Assembly (NCBI RefSeq): GCF_006345805.1
Contig: NC_042998.1
Location: 41,478,001 to 41,542,000 of the forward strand
Source: Octopus sinensis
Taxonomy: Eukaryota
DNA length: 64,000 nucleotides
Direction of reading: 5' to 3'
Shown: positions 51,159 to 64,000 of the stretch, piece after piece
How the letters are laid out: each line of letters begins with the position of its first letter
Numbering within the stretch: position 1 is the first letter of the stretch
Translations under genes and position numbers: made by a program
Notes under the pieces: generated by a model
The model's input: the letters and a program-made list of their open reading frames with translations, nothing else
Databases searched by the model: none
Told to the model about the DNA's origin: nothing

Positions 51159-54079
51159 TATATATGGGGGAGAGCTGTATAATCTGTATTTTTTAAGAAT
51201 TTTATCATTAGATAAGCTTGGTTTGATGTATGACAATGTATTTTCTATGTTCCTTAAATAGCATGTAGCATTCAAATTGAAAGATTTTTAATGCTCATTT
51301 GATCTAGCACATCACCTGGTTTTAATGTATTGATGTTTTAAAATATCTCCTAAAGTTACTTCATTTTATTTTTAAAGTCAGTAGAAAAAAAATTTGAGCT
51401 TCTTCAAATGAAAGAATTTTTTTTAGCAATTTCTAACTTTTCAACAGCCATTAATCTAATTAGCTGACACACATGGATTTAATTTAATAACTTGTAGTAC
51501 AAAAAATGTGTATAAATTCTTCATTGCTATCACTGTCTTTTATTACATAATTGCCCCTGCTGTTAAGCATACCTTTTATCATGTTTAAATGCTTAATTAA
51601 ATCTAACCTACAATTATTGAAACTGAACTTTAAATAGTTCAGATCTAGAAACACATGCCATATAAATTGCTTTTATTAGTGGATTTTTTTTATCATGCAT
51701 GCCTTACTATTTTATTTCTCTTCTGACACCTATTAGTATACCATCTGCAGTTTAGCTATTAACAAAATGATATTCTTTACTAGGTCTTAAAACGTTTCTC
51801 TATCAGAGGCCATCTGTTTAATTAGCTACTAAAACAACTGTACAAACTCTCTACTATTATCATAGCTATATCTAGCCCCTTCTCTCACTGACTGACTCTA
51901 AATTACAAGCAAAATCCTGGTAACATCAATTTTAAACAAACTTGCTTCATTTCAATCTGAAAAACTTTATGCTTCTCTTTTGCCTCTATTAATATAAAAT
52001 TTTTTATTTTTTTCTTCTGAAAAATCTAAAAAGTGGGTTTGCTTTTGTTCACTATCCAAAATATATATTGTTGATCTTCCAATCACAATATTATTTGCTT
52101 CAATGTAATTTTCCTCAAGACAGTTTTCATAAAATATCAACTCCACTATATATATGTTAATCACTTCTCCATTTACTAGTCAGATAACTCATTTTCACTT
52201 CTAAAGTAGATACAATGGCTGATACTTCATTTGTTTGCTTTTTGCTTCCTCACAGATGATATTTAATATATATATCATTTCTTTGAATTTAACTGTACAG
52301 CTTCTCTTCCTCAAAAAATGTTACTCCATCCTAGTCTCCTTTGCATTTACCATTCTAGCTAAGTTCTTTAGTTTTGACAAGTCTGTTAGTCTTGTAATTT
52401 TAGGTTGACCAATAGCTTGTAAGTAAAATTTGCTGGACAGAAACTGTATAGAAGCCAGTTTGGGTGTGTTCTTTTCGCGGTCTTTATTCAGGGATCAAGG
52501 AAAATAATGTGACTGAAATTCATACCAAGACATTGCTGGTTGTGCTTTTGTCAAGTGCTACTAGAAAAGTCCTAGCGTGAAATTTAAGTTGTATTCTGTT
52601 CCCTGATCACTATATAATGACCACATCAAACTCTTCCGCAAACTGTCCAACCTATGCCAGCATTGGGAAAGAACATTAAATGATGACTTCCCCAGAAAAA
52701 TAAAAGGCAAACTAGACCTCCAATTGGATTCAAACTCAGAACATAAGGGGATATCATTATCTGCTATAAGGCATTTTGTTCATCACTCTTTAAGTCCTGC
52801 TATTCATCTTCATATTCAGCATAACATTTTTTTTCTGCTTCATCAAGTAAGCTATAACTAACACTAACAATGGTCAACAAAGTTGTCTCTACATGATGTC
52901 TTCAGCTGCTAAAAACTGCAGCTAAATTTTCTTCGGTTTGCATCCTGTTATCTTAAAAAAGGATACATTAAATAAAGTAGCCCTAGATACTTTATACCTG
53001 AGAAAAAAGAGATTGTCAGAATTAGAACACCATTGATTATCGGTCTATTCAATCAGTCATGGTTGGTCTGGCTTGCACAACAACAATAGTATTCACTTGA
53101 TCTGTTAGAAATACTAGCAAATTTCTCTCAGATCACACCCTACCATCTCAGTTTTAATAATGTAGTGATATGTATGTAAACTGTATTTTTCATTGTTCCA
53201 TTCCTACATCTCTGCCCACTACTAGAAGACTATTTCACATTAAGATATACATATGCATTGGTTTCTTTGAACCAGCCTTAAAACTGAATACAGCCAATTC
53301 AATTTAATCTTTACAGTATTTATTTCATCAACCTCAGATCAATTCGATCAATATTTTGACTCGGAAGTGGGAACTTGTGATCTAACTGCTACAAAGTAGT
53401 TAGTCTTGTATGTAACTGCCTCAACTTAATTATATTTAAACAGAGAAGAAATCTTTGACTTGAGTTTTACCACCTTTTGAAATGGGTAAGACGTGTCTTT
53501 TCAGGATCACCAACCTTTTAACTAACCTACCTAAAACTGCCCCTGTTTCTGAGAAACAAAACCCAGTATTTTCAAGTGTTCTTATTTAAATCAAAATGTT
53601 CCAAATAATTTTATACAAGATTTCTTTTATGTTCCAAACTCCTTATTACTTCATTCTGTGCCAAATAAATTCAAGTTGTAAACAATGTATTTCATTGGAA
53701 ATATGGCTACAAATGTGTTAAGAAAGCTAACTATCTCTTCAGCAAATAGAACTGGTTGGATGAGATATATATCCTTTCAAAAACCATTACAATTCAGTAG
53801 TAGTAATGGTGGTGGTGGTGATGATGACAATGGTAATGGTTCTGATGATGGGAAAATCAAACAAAATGTCTTAGAATGTTTGGTTTGGATTTTATCCAGT
53901 TTATAATCCCAGATTTTCTTAGGGATTTACAGTGTATTACAACTGTATTGATGAAGAATATTGCCTATAATAATACTTGGAAGAAATCATCCACTGTCAT
54001 TCTTGCCAAATAGTTCTTCACTAATTGCCCATATAGAGCAATTAAGTTATTGAAGCATAGAATGGACATATTGGAAAGA

Positions 54080-55290
54080 GTATAAGAGAGGAGAATAAGG
54101 AAGAAAGTAAAGAGTGATTACACATAGTTTGGATTTATTGGATTTACGCTAGTAATTTTTATTGTAAGGCAGTTACAGAAGAAATACAATGACAAGAGGA
54201 AGAAATTGTTTCCTTGGTTTGTTGATTTAGAGAATGCTTTCAATAATGTTCCACATAAGGTGGTAACATGATCATTGAGAGAGTTAGGTGTGGAGGAATG
54301 GTTAGGGTAGTGATATCAATATATGAGAGAATGCACAGTCATAAGGACAAAGTACAAGAACAGTAATGAGTTTGAAGTGAAGGTTGGAGTGTGTCACGGG
54401 TCAGTGCCAAACCTACCGCTATTTGTAATTGTGGTGGAATTTGTTGTATGGAGATGATCTAGAGTCATTAAAAGAGTATTAATGAATCAACAGTGACCAT
54501 GTGAAAGAAATATATGAAAGCAAAAGGTATTTCAGTGAATACTGGAAAGATGAAAGTTATGGTGAGGGAGAAGGTAGAAGGAAGAGAGAAATGGCTGTGT
54601 GCAATGTGGAAGAAAATTGTAGTACACTCAATTAAATAAACAATATGCACTGGATGGCTTCATAGTGTAAGAGAGAGTTATTAACTAATATAGCAGCAAC
54701 ATTTAAGTGTAAGGTGACAGGAGTTGCAGATGGAGAACATATTGAACAAGATCTTGGAAATGGTACGAAGGTAGAAGTTCAATGGGGAAGATAGGTCAGA
54801 CGTGATGGTGGATCACAATGGCTAGAGTGAGGTGCACTTAGAAGAAGTTTGGAGAATTGAGTGTACTAATGAAGAAGGGAATGTTGCTGAAATTGAAGAG
54901 GAAAGTGTATGCTATATGTGTGATAAGCACTACGATTTATGGGAGTGAGACATGGGCAATGAATTCAGAACAGAGATAGCTGGATGGGAGGAAAATGAGA
55001 AAAGTTCAGTGGAGAGAGGGGAAGGCAAACAATGAAGTGTTGAGAATGATGGAAATAGAGAGAGTGATACATATTATGAAGGGAAGTGGAATGATATGGC
55101 TGGGCCATGTGCTGAGGAAGGGAAAAAGTCACAAGGTGAGAGAAGAGTGATGACTATGAAAAGGAATAGAGGAAGACCAAGAATGACATGGTTAAAGATG
55201 ATGAAAGAAGAAATACGAACAAGGTTATGAGGATGAATGTACAGCGCAAGGCAATATGAAGACTGCCATGGAACCCACAAGGATAACTAT
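54080..55290 (+). mobile_element. Degenerate RTE-clade LINE (RT and C-terminal region)
   Basis: IFIVRQLQKKY..FVDLENAFNNVP..LRELGVEEWL; IYGSETWAM; WLGHVLRK..RGRPRMTW; many stops and frameshifts. Confidence 0.85.
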
Positions 55291-58200
55291 TACTTTTACC
55301 TAAAAACAATTGTTGTTATAACTTTAGAGTCTTTCTCTTACTAAAATAACATTGGGTGGTATATTAATAGATATCTGAGAACATGGTTATTCTCAGATAT
55401 CTTTTATTTATAGTGTTGTTTGAAGGTGATTGGCCTAGGGAATTTAGGGAAGGTGATTGGCCTAGGGAATGTTTGTCAAATTTATGATTTGGTAGACTTG
55501 GGTGGGGGCACACATTTCTGTTAGATAAGCATACATCTATGAACACCAGCATCTGCTCCTGCAATTGATAGTCTTTGGTGCCACAAATTACAGTCATCTG
55601 CATGATGTTTCCTGGATACTATATCAGTGCTGAGGATTTTTAAAGGATTTTTTTTTTAATATTTCAAATATTTTTTTCTCCTTCAACAGAAGGCTTTTGC
55701 ATCTGAGTTATACTGGCGCCTAGTAAAATATTATGAAAAGGACTTGTAATAATAATAGCAACAACATCAAAAAATAACAAGATACCTTTCTGACATGTGA
55801 CCCTCCCCAGATATTATTATTTAAAGGTAAAAAATCAACTATCTTTTATAAATACAGTCACTTACTATAAAAAAGGATTCATATAAGAAGTGCAATTAAG
55901 TTCAGAGGCAGTTATTTCAAGTGTCCAACTAAGAAATTATTCAAACTATTCTGGAATAATAAAATTTAACTATCATACTTGCCTTAGTTTACATAAATTT
56001 TTTTTCCTCTTTTTCTCATTTTACATAAAAAGGACATGTATCAAGTATTTTACTTGAATTTTGTGGAGTGAAGTGAAAATGCTTAGTTTATTGGCTTTGT
56101 AAAAGACAAGTGTATTTGAAACTTTGAATATCCAGATAGTTTTCAGAACTCTTGTCAAAATATATGCATATGTTTATGCATGTGCATTTTTGTTTAATGG
56201 ATCATTTTGATATCTTTCCTGCAAAATAAACAAAAGGAAGAGGGTACAGGCTACCCTTCACCTCTTCTTCAGTCAGTATTCAATCAGTATCTCCATCATG
56301 TGCATACACATGCATACACACACACACAGAGGACTCCTGATATCATTCATTGTTAGCATACATCAAATTCTCTTTCTCACTTTATTACTCCCTTTCATTA
56401 CTTTGTTTCTTCCCATCACTCTCTTTGTCTATGTCATTTTACTATTCAATCTCTTTACCAACAACCAACATGTAGCTGTCTGTCACTCTTCCATAATTCA
56501 CTCATCTAGCATGCGCTTGCTTCTTATCACCCTACATTTCCCATCATACTCTCTCTCTCTCTCTCTCTCTCTTTTATCCCTTTCTCTTCCAATCATTTTC
56601 TAACCTTTACTTCATTGAACAAATGGAAACAACATAGAACTGTTTAGCCCTTCCAGAGACAAAGCAACACCCTGGTACTGGTTTCAAAATAAAATACTGT
56701 ACACCCTGTAAATGATTGACAAATGAATAGTGACAATGTAGAGAGAACTCTTTACTTTTGCTAAAGACAAAATACCCTCTCCAGTGCTGGTGCCATAATA
56801 AAATGTACTCAGTACGTTCTTCAAAGTGGTTTGGTTTTAAGAAAAGTACCTACCTGTAAAAACCATGCCAAAATGGAATATACCAGCAATGCAAAGTGTC
56901 TTGGAAGGCAGTAATTCCAATTAAGAACTGGCTCAGACCTTGGTGATCTGTCCAACTCACATCGGCATTAAAAGAGGCCATAAAATAGCAGTGGTAGTGT
57001 GATGGTAATGAAATTTCAGTGTAAAGTTAATGTAATAGTGTTTCCTCTTTCAAAGCCAATCGGAAGGTTAAAAGCCAAAGTTTACCTTTTAGAAGTTCAC
57101 TTATTGAAATTTGCCAATTACTGCCAAGCTCTGATCATATTATTGTCTAACATTTCATATTTTAACTAAAAATTCCATAGTTACATCTGTGTGTATTATT
57201 CCTCTTTTTCTCTGTCTTCATGCCTCTTCCTTTGTTTTTCTGTTATTAAAACTTAATATTTACTCATACATTACTTTTCTTAGAGCTCTATAATATAAGA
57301 ATCTTTGTACTTTATTACATTCCTCTTGCAAAGCACATGATATCCATTGTTAAGGTTTTTTTTTTTATCTCAATTGTATGAAATTTATTCATAAATTTTA
57401 TTGATATTGCAGCATTATTTGCAGATTTTGCTTTAAGAATTGACAATAAAACTGAATGTACAGTGCACCAGTGTGCATTTATAATCAATCAATATTTTGA
57501 ATTAACTGTACTTTACCTAGCAATAAAACAACATATGTGGTATCGAAGTCAATTTTCACATTCACTTTCAGTGAACAATTAAGTAATGAAATTAAGTAAT
57601 GTATTTTGTGATTTATTTAGGTTGCTTAAGGTTTTCTCTTCATAATACTAACTCTTTAGATTTTAGAAAGTAAAAACCTTTATCATTTCTTTAAAAATAC
57701 CTTAAGTGTATACAATTAGTCTACTTAGCTTCATGTAATAAGATCTATTTACAAAAAACATAAATGCGTTTTATTAAAACATTTTATTCTTATTTTCATT
57801 ATTAGTATGAAATTTATTTTTATTTACTTTACTCATATTTATATATCAGTCATCAATCAAATTCCTCTACCTGCTTTTATCTTCTCTGCTGAATAACACT
57901 AGTCACAGTCAGAGGTTTGATGGTCAGGGGTTAGCTCAGAAGAGCCACTTGTAGCAGTACCTCTACTTCTCTATTGTCAAATCTCACAGACACTTCACAC
58001 CTTAGCTCTGCTGTCAATAAACATACAGTACCACTAAGGATTGCAGCTGAGAGGTAATAGCTGGAAAAGACTGATAAACAGATACATATAGATAGACGAA
58101 CATTTAAAAATAGATCTGTGCCAGTTCTATGGAGCCTGCAACTGAACTATTCTGGTATAATATTTTCTTATTGTCTGGCATAAAAATTATTAAATAACCA

Positions 58201-59399
58201 TGTCACGTTGTTTTAAATGCTACAAATAAAAAAAAACACTAGTTTTCTTTCTGGAAACAAAATATGCACTTTTTAATTTTTCATCACACACACATAGGTG
58301 TATTTTTTTAAACTTCATTTAGTTGCTGCCACTAATGCAATTCTTGTTGATGTTTACAATATAATATTGGTAAGGGGAAGGTGTATTCTGATAAGGGTTA
58401 TGTCTGTATATTTTTGTAGCATTTTTCTTACTTGTGTATGATTTTTTTTTGGTCTAGATTTGTGTATGTAGTATGTGTGTGTGTGTGTGATACATATTAA
58501 TATATGAAGGATATTTTTATTAGATATCTCCCAATTCAAAATTAATTCAAATAAAAGAAAAACAATTTATTTTTATTTACCAAAGTTGACTCTGATTTCT
58601 GTCATTTCTTATTGACTATATATATATATATATATATATATTGGTCATTCATATTTGTCTTTCCCTCTCTCCAGATATCTATCTCATACCCCTTCTCTCT
58701 TTCTCTCTCTCTCTCTCTCACGTGCATGCACACATCATATCTAATTGTTTCTTCTGTCAATCCATCCACCATTTCTGTAAATCTCAGATACTTTCTATTT
58801 TTCTTTCTCATTTAATGGTTGTTATTTATATTTCCATCTATCATAAATTATTATTTAGGTAAAATTATAATCTTTTGCTTGAATGTGAAATTATCTGATA
58901 AACCTGTCAGCAAGCTCTTTCTTCCATTACGAAACTTACCAGGTAGAAGGAAATAAACATAATATTGTTGTTTTCTTCCCCATGTCCATAGAAATATTGC
59001 TGAGTTTGGAATATAAGCAACCGAGAAAGTTCTTTGAGTGTAATTAACGTACAACTGCATTATTTTATTAAAGAAATTTGGATTGAAATAACTTGGGAAA
59101 TGGAAAAATAAAGTTTCTTATACAATTATGTTGAAGTAGAATTAAAACAAACAATTTAATCAGATGATAACTATCCGTATAAAGAGAATTGTTGATCCAT
59201 CAGAAGGCAGAGAATTCTATTACATTTTGTTTTATGTAGCAACTATCTTACTATATTTTTGACTCTCTCTTAATGAAAGACATTGATAGATCTAAAAGTT
59301 GTGTTAATGTCTTCCATTATACAACAGATTCAGTTTTTTGAGAACTCTCTACTTTTGGCAAACTTATACATAAGTTAAAGAGAATAATATCTTTTAGGT

Positions 59400-59598
59400 A
59401 AGGTGGCAAGCTGGCAGAAACGTTAGCACACTGGGCAAAGTGCTTAGCGGTATTTTGTCTGTCTTTACGTTCTGAGTTCAAATTCCACCGAAGTCAACTT
59501 TGGGGTCAATAAATTAAGTACTAGTTGCATACTGGGGTCAATCTAATTGACTGGCCCCCTCTCCAAAAATTTTGGGCCTTTTGCCTAGAGTAGATAAG
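59400..59598 (+). mobile_element. Meta-type SINE with 14-bp target-site duplication
   Basis: AAGGTGGCAAGCTGGCAGAAACGTTAGC head; TSD AATATCTTTTAGGT at 59386-59399 and 59599-59612. Confidence 0.9.
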
Positions 59599-60097
59599 AA
59601 TATCTTTTAGGTTAGTTTCTAGCAAAATGGTGAGCATTAACTGATGTATTAACTTTGTCTTCAGCAACTTAACATAAACAAATGAATAGAATTGCAACAC
59701 TACAATAATCAAACTGTATTGTGTATAAAACATAATGATGATTGACAATCATGATCTCCATACCAAAATCTGAACATCTATGATGTTTTGTGCTGGAAAG
59801 ACATAGCAGCATTGCCTGTTAGTCTCCTGAACTCTCCTGGACAGGTGAACTATTTCACACGATATCAAGATAAACCTGTACACTGGTGGAGCTGTGTAAT
59901 AATTGTGTAGGATCTTGCACTCCTGAACCTTGTATGTCTTGGCTTCGGGAACATCTTCTGCTATTTAACCTATAACTAGAACCCTTAAACAGATATTACT
60001 ACCCCAGGTCAATACATACCTGGGAGTAATAATGACTAAGGAGCATACACCCCAAGAGCTCCTGAATTCTCAAGACATAATCTATGCATTTTATTTT

Positions 60098-60365
60098 CAT
60101 CATCATCATCGTTTAACGTCCGCTTTCCATGCTAGCATGGGTTGGACGGTTCAACTGGGGTCTGGGAAGCCCGAAGGCTGCACCAGGCCAGTCAGATCTG
60201 GCAGTGTTTCTACACCTGGATGCCCTTCCTAACGCCAACCACTCCGAGAGTGTAGTGGGTGATTTTATGTGCCACCGACACAGGTGCCAGACGAGGCTGG
60301 CAGACGGCCACGCTCGGATGGTGTTTTTTATGTGCCACCGACACAGGTGCCAGACGAGGCTGGCG
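60098..60365 (-). mobile_element. (GAT)n-tailed retroposon, young copy with 63-bp-period internal duplication
   Basis: Reverse complement of the 13140-13481 family; 39-bp exact repeat at 60263-60301 and 60326-60364. Confidence 0.88.
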
Positions 60366-61388
60366 CATTAAATTATTCTGATAACCCTTCTAGTTTTTCA
60401 TAACAAAAGCTACATCTCAAAATCTTCATATTTGTGTCTTGTGATGTCTCTGTTCATTTGCAGTGTACCATTAAAGATATACTTTAGCCAAAGCCCAACC
60501 CAGTGTCATCCTATTATAAATTTGAGTGATGTTTCTTTGTCCATTACATTTTTATATTCGTTAACTCCTTCTAGACCGTTGGTGCAAGGACAACAAAACT
60601 CAAACCAGCAACTCCCATAATCCCAGGGAATGTCTTAAGGGGGTCTATTTTTTTAAGGGCCACCTAATTGGGATCCCACTGTCCCACTCTTTTTTTTTAC
60701 TGCATTTTAAACTAAATACATGGCATTGGTGACCAAATCAGAGAAATGACAATGACTTTCATACCATGAACTCCCAGGGAGTATCATGAGGAGATTCAAT
60801 TTCTGAAGGGCCCTACTAACCCCTTCCCCCCTATTTTTACTGCATTTACCTCGCTCCTACGCTTATTGATTAAACTATGATCAGCATCGGTGCTTAGCAC
60901 ATTTGCAGAAATAAGTTTGGGCATTCTAAATACCTTCATGTACATTTAAATCAAGATAAAGAATTATAGCAGGTACATTTCAAGTGTGGTAGTGTGGATA
61001 TTTATATTTGTAGATTATAAAACTTATGTCTAGTACTCCAAATAAGCTTGGTCCATTAAGAGACAATGATTTCTTTCTATCTATTCTGATCAAGCACACA
61101 ACCTATCTGACTTTTGAAAAACGAACTTGACTTCAACAGGATTAGAAGTGCATTTGGCATGGAAATAAATTGTGTACAATGCTTAATTTTATGAATGTAA
61201 TTTTTATTAATTGAAACTAATAATTACTTTAGATATAATCTAGTGATTGTTATATGTGGCAATTTTTGACATGTCAAGTGACTACTCTAACTTTTGCCAT
61301 TTTATTTCTTAGGAATAAAATATAAATCTGTTGTGTTTATATAACGTTTCTGACTTCACAAATTTTCTTGGCTTTGTTTTTTCTCCAG

Positions 61389-61500
61389 GTATCGGTGTTT
61401 AAAATGTTTCAACTTCGATGTTTGCCAAAACTGTTTTTTCTCTGGGAGAAAGGCTAAAGGTCACAAGTTGAGCCATCATATGCAAGAATACTGTACTTCT
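61389..61500 (+). CDS. DMD: Dystrophin exon (human exon 69 equivalent), ZZ finger C-half
   Basis: tttgttttttctccag|GTATCGG...ACTTCT|gtgagt; 112 nt, phase 2-0; [37 protein letters not shown]. Confidence 0.98.
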
Positions 61501-62265
61501 GTGAGTATAATTTAAATAAAATGGGACTTTTTAAAATGAGAAAAATTTTACCTAAAGTTGTAGGGTCTATTTTACATATCCCACAACCAATGCATGTTAG
61601 CAAATATATGATGGTAGCATGTACCATGCATTCACTGATTCTTTTAAACCAGATGTCTGTTTAGTCGCAGGTAGAATATGGACATCCTTTCAGACCCTCC
61701 ACTCTTGACTTAGCTGAACATCCAAGATGTGACTGCTAGAAGTAGAAAGAATTGTACCAGCACTTGGTTGGTATTCATCTTAGTTGAGAGTGGAGCAATG
61801 TGAAATGAAATGCCTTTCTCAACAACATAACATGCTACCCAGTCTAGCAATTTAAACCTTATGACCTTATGGTCATGAGCCCAGCACCCTTAACCAGTAA
61901 ACCAAATGTTTTCAGTGTGTGTGTGTGTATGAGTTTAGCATCTTTATGCTAAACTTGTTAATCAAAGGGTTTGTGATATCGGCCTAGTTAGTTGTCAGCC
62001 TTTTCAAATTCTTAATTGTTTGGGTGTACTATTTTCAATTTAAAATCTTAGTCAACATTCCCTATTGTAAAGATGATTTAGTTACTGATAGAAACTCTGA
62101 TGTATTCTCAGTTGGTTACCCTATTCCAGAGATGTGCTTGAACAAAACTCATTGGGGCTATCTAACATCAAGAAAAATATTTTGAAATCTTTGATATCTG
62201 TAAAGATTTATTTCTTACAAAATTTACATCCCTTTATTGAGTTAATTTTTTTCTTTTCTTTGCAG

Positions 62266-62402
62266 ACAACATCAGGGGAGGACATACGTGATTTTACAAA
62301 AGTATTGAAAAACAAGTTCAAATCAAAAAGATATTTCAAAAAACATCCGCGACTTGGTTACCTTCCTGTGCAGACTGTATTAGAAGGAGACAGTTTAGAG
62401 AG
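62266..62402 (+). CDS. DMD: Dystrophin exon (human exon 70 equivalent), start of C-terminal domain
   Basis: ttcttttctttgcag|ACAACA...GAGAG|gtagat; 137 nt, phase 0-2; [45 protein letters not shown]. Confidence 0.98.
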
Positions 62403-64000
62403 GTAGATATCTTTTTGTTTCAAATTTCCTGATATCAAAAAATATGCTTAAATCTTAACTTCTAATGTTTTTGGTTAGTTCTTTTATTTAAATGTAATAA
62501 CTTCATTTCTTTAACCCTGTTTTCAAAATAGAGTCAAACCATTGTGTGAAATTAAATCATTAAACTTGAATGAAATTATTGACTTCAAATGTTTTCTCTA
62601 ACATTTTAAATTACCCCAAAAAAGTTTTAAAATATGAAGAGTTAAATCACAGCTGAGTACTTGGATTGAATTTGCTTACTTAAGCAGAAGATCAAGATTA
62701 TCAAGTTAATAAAAATAACTTGATATTCTTGTGCTTCTGTTAAACAAGAAATAGTTTTTATACAAAGCTTCTATGCTCTAGCTATGTTATATTTTATTTA
62801 TATTTTGATCAATATATCCCATTTATTTTGTGATTGTGTCTGAGGGAAAATTTACAAAAAAGCAAATATATCTAAATCTTCATTAAGTTATTGAATTAAC
62901 CTACTTCTACTCCAGGATATCGACCTCTTCAAATATAATAATTTTGCTATCCATTTTTCAGCTAGGGAGACCAACACAAGTGGGACATTTTACTTGATGA
63001 CATACTGCTTTGATCCTCCTTTCTATTTAGCAAACTTTACAAAATTGGTTGTCAGTTGATTGGGTGTTTTTTGGGTTTTTTTAAGTGGAGGTGCAACGCA
63101 TAGTAGAATTGCAGAATATTAAATATTTCTGGTTTCTAAATTCTTTATATCTGTGACATAACTATGGAATAGGTTGTTGGGTGCTTGAGAAGACATGTCA
63201 AGCCAAGTGAAATCGTAGTTGTGATCAGTGCCGCTGATATGTAAAAGGCACCCACTACGCTCTTAGTATAGTTGGTGTTAGGAAGGGCACCAGCCATAGA
63301 AACCAAACCAAAACCAGACTGGAGCCTGATACAGCTCTCTGGCTTACCAGTTCTTGTCAAACCATCTAACCCATGCCAGCATGGAAAATGGACGCTAAAT
63401 GATGATGATGATGATCTTGTACCTTAGTTGAAAATGTTTCAGTGTGAAAGCGTAAATACTAATACAAATACAAAAGACTAGTTTATTGTATGCGTAAGCC
63501 TATGTAAAATATAAGTAGATTGTCAACAAGGTGGGCATAGCTCTGCATTTAAGATGCTTGCTTCCAACCATGTGATTGCAGGTTCAGTCCCACTGTGTGG
63601 AACTTTGGGCAAGTATCTTCTGCTATAACTCTAGTCCAACCAAAGACTTGAGAACAGATTTGATTGACAGAAATGGAAAGAAGCCCATCATGTATGTATG
63701 TGTATTTGGGGAGTAGGGGCTACCCTCTATCATAACTACATATAATGATTCTAAATGATTATCAGAGAAGCAAGCTTGTTCATTTCTTCTTTTCCATGGA
63801 AAATATGTCTGGCCTTGGGGATAGGTGAGGTTTGGTGACAGGGAGGGCATCTGACCATAGAAAATTTGCCTCAACAAATTTTGTCTGACCCATGCAAGTA
63901 TGGAAAAGTGAACGTTAAATAATGGTGATGATGTAGCTTATTGCTTTCTCCTTGTCCATTATTTGTGTACACATTTATGAATCAAATATTTAATGGGTAA

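Larger units (their letters stand above)
5103..62402 (+). other. DMD: Dystrophin gene, 3' portion (12 coding exons in window; gene continues beyond both ends)
   Basis: 12 GT-AG exons splice into one open frame of 1424 nt with matching phases (0,0,2,1,2,1,1,2,1,0,2,0,2). The product contains the dystrophin hallmarks PWERS..NKVPYYINH..TTHWDHPKM (WW), [87 protein letters not shown] (ZZ) and [38 protein letters not shown]. Confidence 0.98.

Noticed and set aside
57880-58025. Possible alternative terminal exon (acceptor, short frame to TAG, AATAAA)
   Set aside because: Weak acceptor, no homology, and easily explained by chance.
62403-62713. Dp40-like truncation: read-through of the last exon gives AGG TAG, with AATAAA at 62708
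   Set aside because: Phase-2 donors starting GTRA or GTAG give an immediate stop almost automatically, and AATAAA is common in this AT-rich DNA; there is no independent support.

Overview
AT-rich, microsatellite-rich eukaryotic genomic DNA. The repeat content (tRNA-derived CORE-type and Meta-type SINEs with internal (TA)n, RTE/CR1 LINE debris, mariner/maT, TTAA-MITEs) points to an octopod cephalopod, probably Octopus (inference). The window lies wholly inside one + strand gene, the 3' half of dystrophin. I reconstructed 12 consecutive GT-AG exons (5103-62402; 1424 nt, one continuous frame) encoding the last spectrin repeat, WW, EF-hand region, ZZ zinc finger and the start of the C-terminal domain. 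They correspond to human DMD exons 59(part)-70, and 8 of the 12 match the human exon lengths as I recall them. The introns hold the most unusual features. (1) A 213-bp-arm, single-mismatch palindrome (49649-50082) whose arms each encode a complete Penelope-type minimal hammerhead ribozyme, so each ribozyme is preceded by its own antisense copy. (2) A second, independent minimal hammerhead at 32247-32281, in sense orientation. (3) A Dong/R4-type retrotransposon inserted in a TAA microsatellite that forms almost the whole acceptor region of the exon-66 equivalent. (4) A mariner derivative built from two left ends. (5) A twin-primed RTE insertion. (6) A repeated pseudoknot-like motif in an RTE 3' UTR. 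All comparisons with human or Drosophila proteins and with repeat families are from memory; no searches or folding programs were run.
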